Assembly (NCBI GenBank): GCA_025558095.1
Contig: JAIVFI010000021.1
Location: forward strand, 496,001 to 560,000
Length of the DNA stretch: 64,000 bases
Reading direction: 5' to 3'
From: Hyaloraphidium curvatum SAG 235-1
Lineage: Eukaryota; Fungi; Monoblepharomycota
Shown here: positions 61,395-64,000 of the stretch, piece by piece
How positions within the stretch are numbered: position 1 is the stretch's first letter
How the letters are laid out: each line of letters begins with the position of its first letter
Notes under the pieces: generated by a model
The model's input: only the letters and a program-made list of their open reading frames with translations
Database searches by the model: none
Told to the model about the DNA's origin: nothing
Position numbers and translations under genes: made by a program

Positions 61395-64000
61395 ATGACG
61401 GGCCGCAGGCGCGCCCCGGCCGAGCCCGCCGCGCCACCCGCGGACGCCGCGAAACCTGCCTCTGTGCGGGGCCGCAGCGGGCGCGCAAGGGCCCAGGATC
61501 CGCAGGCAGAGCCCGCGCAGCCCGCGGCCGTCGCTCCGCCGAAGAGGGGCCGGTCTCGCGCCGCGGCGGCTCCTGCCGACGACGGCGAAGATCCCCTGAC
61601 GCAACCGGCTGCTACGGTACAGGCTCCGGTAGATTCCGAAAATGCGCCCAAGCAGACCGCTCGCGCTTCGAAGGGCGCCAGGTCGGGCAGTGCCAGGAGC
61701 AAGACTCGCCCCCGGGGCGCGGCACCAGAAGCGGCCCCAGCCGAGGAGGAGACCGCTGTGCCCTCCCAGCCGGGTGAGGAGCCATCTGGATCCGGAGCAG
61801 TGCATGGAAAGGAGCAGGACGCCGGGACCGAGGAGTCCAAAAGTCAGGAAAACCTCGAAGACCTCAAGATGAATGACCTCAAGGCTATCGCCGCAAGGTA
61901 CGGTCTCAAGGCTCCCAAGAAGGTAAAGGTTTTCTTTTGTGGTTGCCTAAGCGCTTGCTGACCTTGCATTGCGCAGAAATCGGACCTCATTGACATGATC
62001 CGCGCCCGCCTCTCGAACCCAGCAAACATCGAAAGCACTGCCGTCAGCGACAAGGAGGCCGACGAAGCACCAATCACGATGGACTTGGAACGCGGTCCAG
62101 TCGAAGAAGACGTCGTCGGACCCCGGGCCAAGGAGCTCTTCTGCTGCGTGCATTACGGACTGATCGGAGACGGGCGCGGGCACGGGCAAATCGTCCTGCG
62201 GCGCGGCCAGGCTTTTATTGCATCTGACAGCCTTGTTGAGTCCTTTGCGCTCCGCGCGATGCACTTTGTGCAGCCAAGCCTCCAAACCGTGCCAGAAACC
62301 TATGCCGACAACGTGATTTGCGACGACTGCATTTCAGTCAATCGTGCAGCGCAAGTTCCGGCCCAGAGCAATGAAGAGCACGATTCGTCTGCGATTCAGG
62401 CCGTTCTCGACTCGACGGTGCAGGATGTACGCATGTACGAGACGGATCCGGGCGCTACCCACGACGGACACGTCTCTCAAGCCGAAGCGGTGACATTCAG
62501 CGAGGAACCCATTGCAGAGGACAGCGCCGAGCAAGACCTTGGTGATGCTGTCGGAGAAGGCACGGTCGAGATCGGCGACGATGCTCCCACCTCCAGCGCT
62601 GAGAAAGAAAGCCCCTTGGAAATGAACGGCTTTGATGCTGACTTGGTTCTTGCCGCCGATGAGAACTGCACCACAGACGGCTGTTCGTCGCTCGACAATG
62701 CGGAGATCAATATGCAAACACAGGAGCCTTCGGAGTTCTCTGCGGTCGACGTGTCGTCGGAACCATGCTTGCCCGTCCAGAGCGCTTCACGGCAAGCCGA
62801 AGAAGCGATGCCCGAAGACCAGACGGTCTCTGCGATTGTTTCTGAGTTCCCTGAGGCTGCCGAGATGCCCGAGCGCCCGCTGGAGCCGGTGGCCTCGATT
62901 GCGCGAGATGAAGCCGTCGCTGACAGCGGATCGCCGGAAATCGAATCTGCCTCGGCAGAGGAGCACCGGCGACAGGCATCACCAGCTCCAGAAGGGAGAC
63001 CTCTCAGTACGACCGAGTTCGGACAGCCAGAGTACCAGGACGAGCACGAAAGCATGGCCAAAGCCGACCTGCCTCACGAGGACGCCGACCTGGCTCACGA
63101 GGAAGCCGGGTCCGTGGTGGCGCCTGATGCCCATCTCCTGGAGCTTGCATTTGAGCGCAATCTGACGGAGCTGGCCCATGGGCCCCTGGTGGCATCGCTT
63201 GGCGCCGAGCCTGAGGCTTCTGAAACTGGCGAAGTCGAGATCGAGAGCGGCCCGAATGAACCGTTGCAAGCGGATGGCCACATGACAGTTTTGGTCGCGG
63301 AAGGAATGGAGGGCACTCAAGCCCACGATGACAACGAGGCGGTCGAAGGTCGTGGTGATGCAAGCGCCGACAGCCAGTATTCCGGCAGCCATGAGATGGC
63401 AGATTCGCAGGGTGAGCCCGATTTGCTGCGACCCCGCCGGTTTTCCATGACACGAAGTACAACTCTCGGCAGACGAAGCTGCCTGGACCTCGCAGCCGTC
63501 GAGCCAGACGCAGAGCTCCAGCCAGTCCTCCCAGCCTTTCCCCGGAGACCTCGACCCCCACTCTTTCGTACTTCCCAACTTCTTCTCCCCTTCGCACGCG
63601 GGGAACGATCGTGCGACCTCGCTCCACGTCACCAAACCCGAGCCCCGCGTCCCGATCAAGCCCTCGACTGAGCGCCTCCGGGAGGCACTCCGGGGCAAGC
63701 GCTTCCAAGGCGAAGGCGTCGCTGGCTACGAAGCCGAAGATGCCGCGACAAGCTTGGGCGTCGGAGGTGTTCGCCGCAAGGATACGGGCAAGGCTGCCAG
63801 GAAGCGCGGTGCCAAGACAGCCCCCGCAACTCCGTGGAGGGGCCTCGCCGAGGACGACGAAGAGCCCACGCGGGCGCTGACTCCCGGCCCGGCCATGAGG
63901 AAGCTCCCGGGAGGCATGCGAGGCGCCATGACGCCGCAGGCTGATGCCGCAGGCCACAAGCGCGCCCGGCGGGACAGTCGTCTGAACGGAGAGGAGGTCG
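61395..64000 (+). CDS. Large low-complexity acidic protein with SAP/HeH-like motif; runs off the window
   Basis: LEDLKMNDLKAIAARYGLKAPKK|KSDLIDMIRARL across an intron near 61923-61977, then a long Glu/Ala/Ser-rich frame at 61995-63671. Confidence 0.5.

Overview
Compact, GC-rich eukaryotic DNA with many ~50-65 nt spliceosomal introns. The gene content (RIB4, HIR3, MDM31, Clr2-like, cyclin Y, EMAPII-fused TyrRS) suggests an early-diverging, chytrid-like fungus; this is inference. Most of the window is densely packed housekeeping genes, interrupted by mobile or accessory DNA. The headline feature is a very large, intron-containing Fanzor1 gene (eukaryotic TnpB-like RNA-guided nuclease) on the minus strand at ~13500-17780. 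All three RuvC catalytic motifs are recoverable after splicing, there is an N-terminal zinc knuckle, and a strongly base-paired candidate omega-RNA lies directly downstream. One frameshift region interrupts the ORF. Other notable elements: an apparently intact Sailor-type (DD96E) IS630/Tc1/mariner transposon with two CCHC knuckles and imperfect TA-flanked TIRs (39009-41642); a solo CACTA-like end with a ~20-bp-period motif array (19457-19655); a CpG-poor orphan gene region next to a 2OG-Fe(II) dioxygenase (1-7270); and a very GC-rich three-gene glycosylation cluster (GT90, NDP-glucose 4,6-dehydratase, bacterial-like GT4-GT2). Exon boundaries were inferred by eye and no searches were run.
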